The notes under the pieces were generated by a model. That model ran no database searches, was not told where the DNA came from, and saw only the letters and a list, made by a program, of their open reading frames with translations. Shown piece after piece: positions 63,510 to 64,000 of a stretch of 64,000 bases of DNA. This DNA comes from Neoechinorhynchus agilis. Taxonomy: Eukaryota > Animalia > Acanthocephala. The translations under genes and the position numbers were made by a program. Positions within the stretch are counted from its first letter, which is position 1. Each line of letters starts with the position of its first letter. The stretch lies in assembly GCA_051530055.1 (NCBI GenBank), contig CM121343.1, positions 5,550,389 to 5,614,388 on the forward strand. The letters run 5' to 3'.

Positions 63510-64000
63510 AGTTTAAGTGATTCAATCACTTCTCTGATGCAGGAGATCAATGGACCGTATACCCAAGGAAAATTATAAGCCGTGAAAAAACGCCACACAT
63601 TAATACCTAATAAAAGTTACCGGCTGGCCAGTCTTCAAAAAATGGAAAAATTCAATGGCCTTGAATTAACAAATCAAAACTGGCTGAGTTTGACATTCCG
63701 TAGTTTTGTCGAGGTGGTTAAGTGGAAAACTCCAATTTTGCCGACGGTGGTGATTGCACGTCTTGTACTTTATTATGTTCTACAAATAAAAGTTCAAATC
63801 ATCAGTGGACTAATGCCCTTGATCCCAGTGAAGGGTCAACTGATTCGAATCCGTTACCGCCAATGGCACACAACCAAAGGGGACGAAATACCATTGAAGG
63901 GAGAAAACTGACTGATGAGTACCGCCTCTTGGAGGTATTTGAGGATCCTGAAGAATGTATAAATTCTTTACCGTATGCATCAGAGTATAAGTGATTCAAT
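63510..64000 (+). repeat. Copy of the ~490 bp tRNA-derived SINE-like unit
   Basis: Near-identical to 10780-11260; B-box-like GATTCGAATCC at ~63842. Confidence 0.8.

Overview
AT-rich eukaryotic (most likely invertebrate animal) genomic DNA, not prokaryotic, with compact genes and mostly ~45-60 nt GT-AG introns. Recognisable genes: signal peptide peptidase (HM13-like, 19.1-20.3 kb, minus), a divergent ninjurin-like gene (24.7-25.6 kb, minus), an intronless TBC1D10-like Rab GAP (35.6-37.0 kb), a Nup88-like nucleoporin present twice as the arms of a ~12.3 kb inverted duplication (40457-52776), mitochondrial Lon protease (55.0-58.7 kb) and a Flower/CACFD1-like gene (62.2-62.8 kb), plus two unassigned genes at 15.8-18.8 kb. 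The rest is repeats: three satellites (~117, 129 and ~131 bp units), decayed CR1-group, RTE, CRE and Penelope-like retroelements, DDE transposon remnants, MITEs and a tRNA-derived SINE family in tandem arrays. Two things stand out. (1) Three long interruptions of coding sequence (two in Lon, one at 16.4 kb) lack clean GT-AG solutions, are each closed by their own 12-17 bp terminal inverted repeat, and each admits an in-frame AT-AC excision, suggesting a structure-closed non-canonical intron class. (2) A family of palindromic elements carries minimal hammerhead-ribozyme cores with covarying stem II, linked to a Penelope-like tail. Everything was read by eye; repeat boundaries are approximate and no database searches were run.
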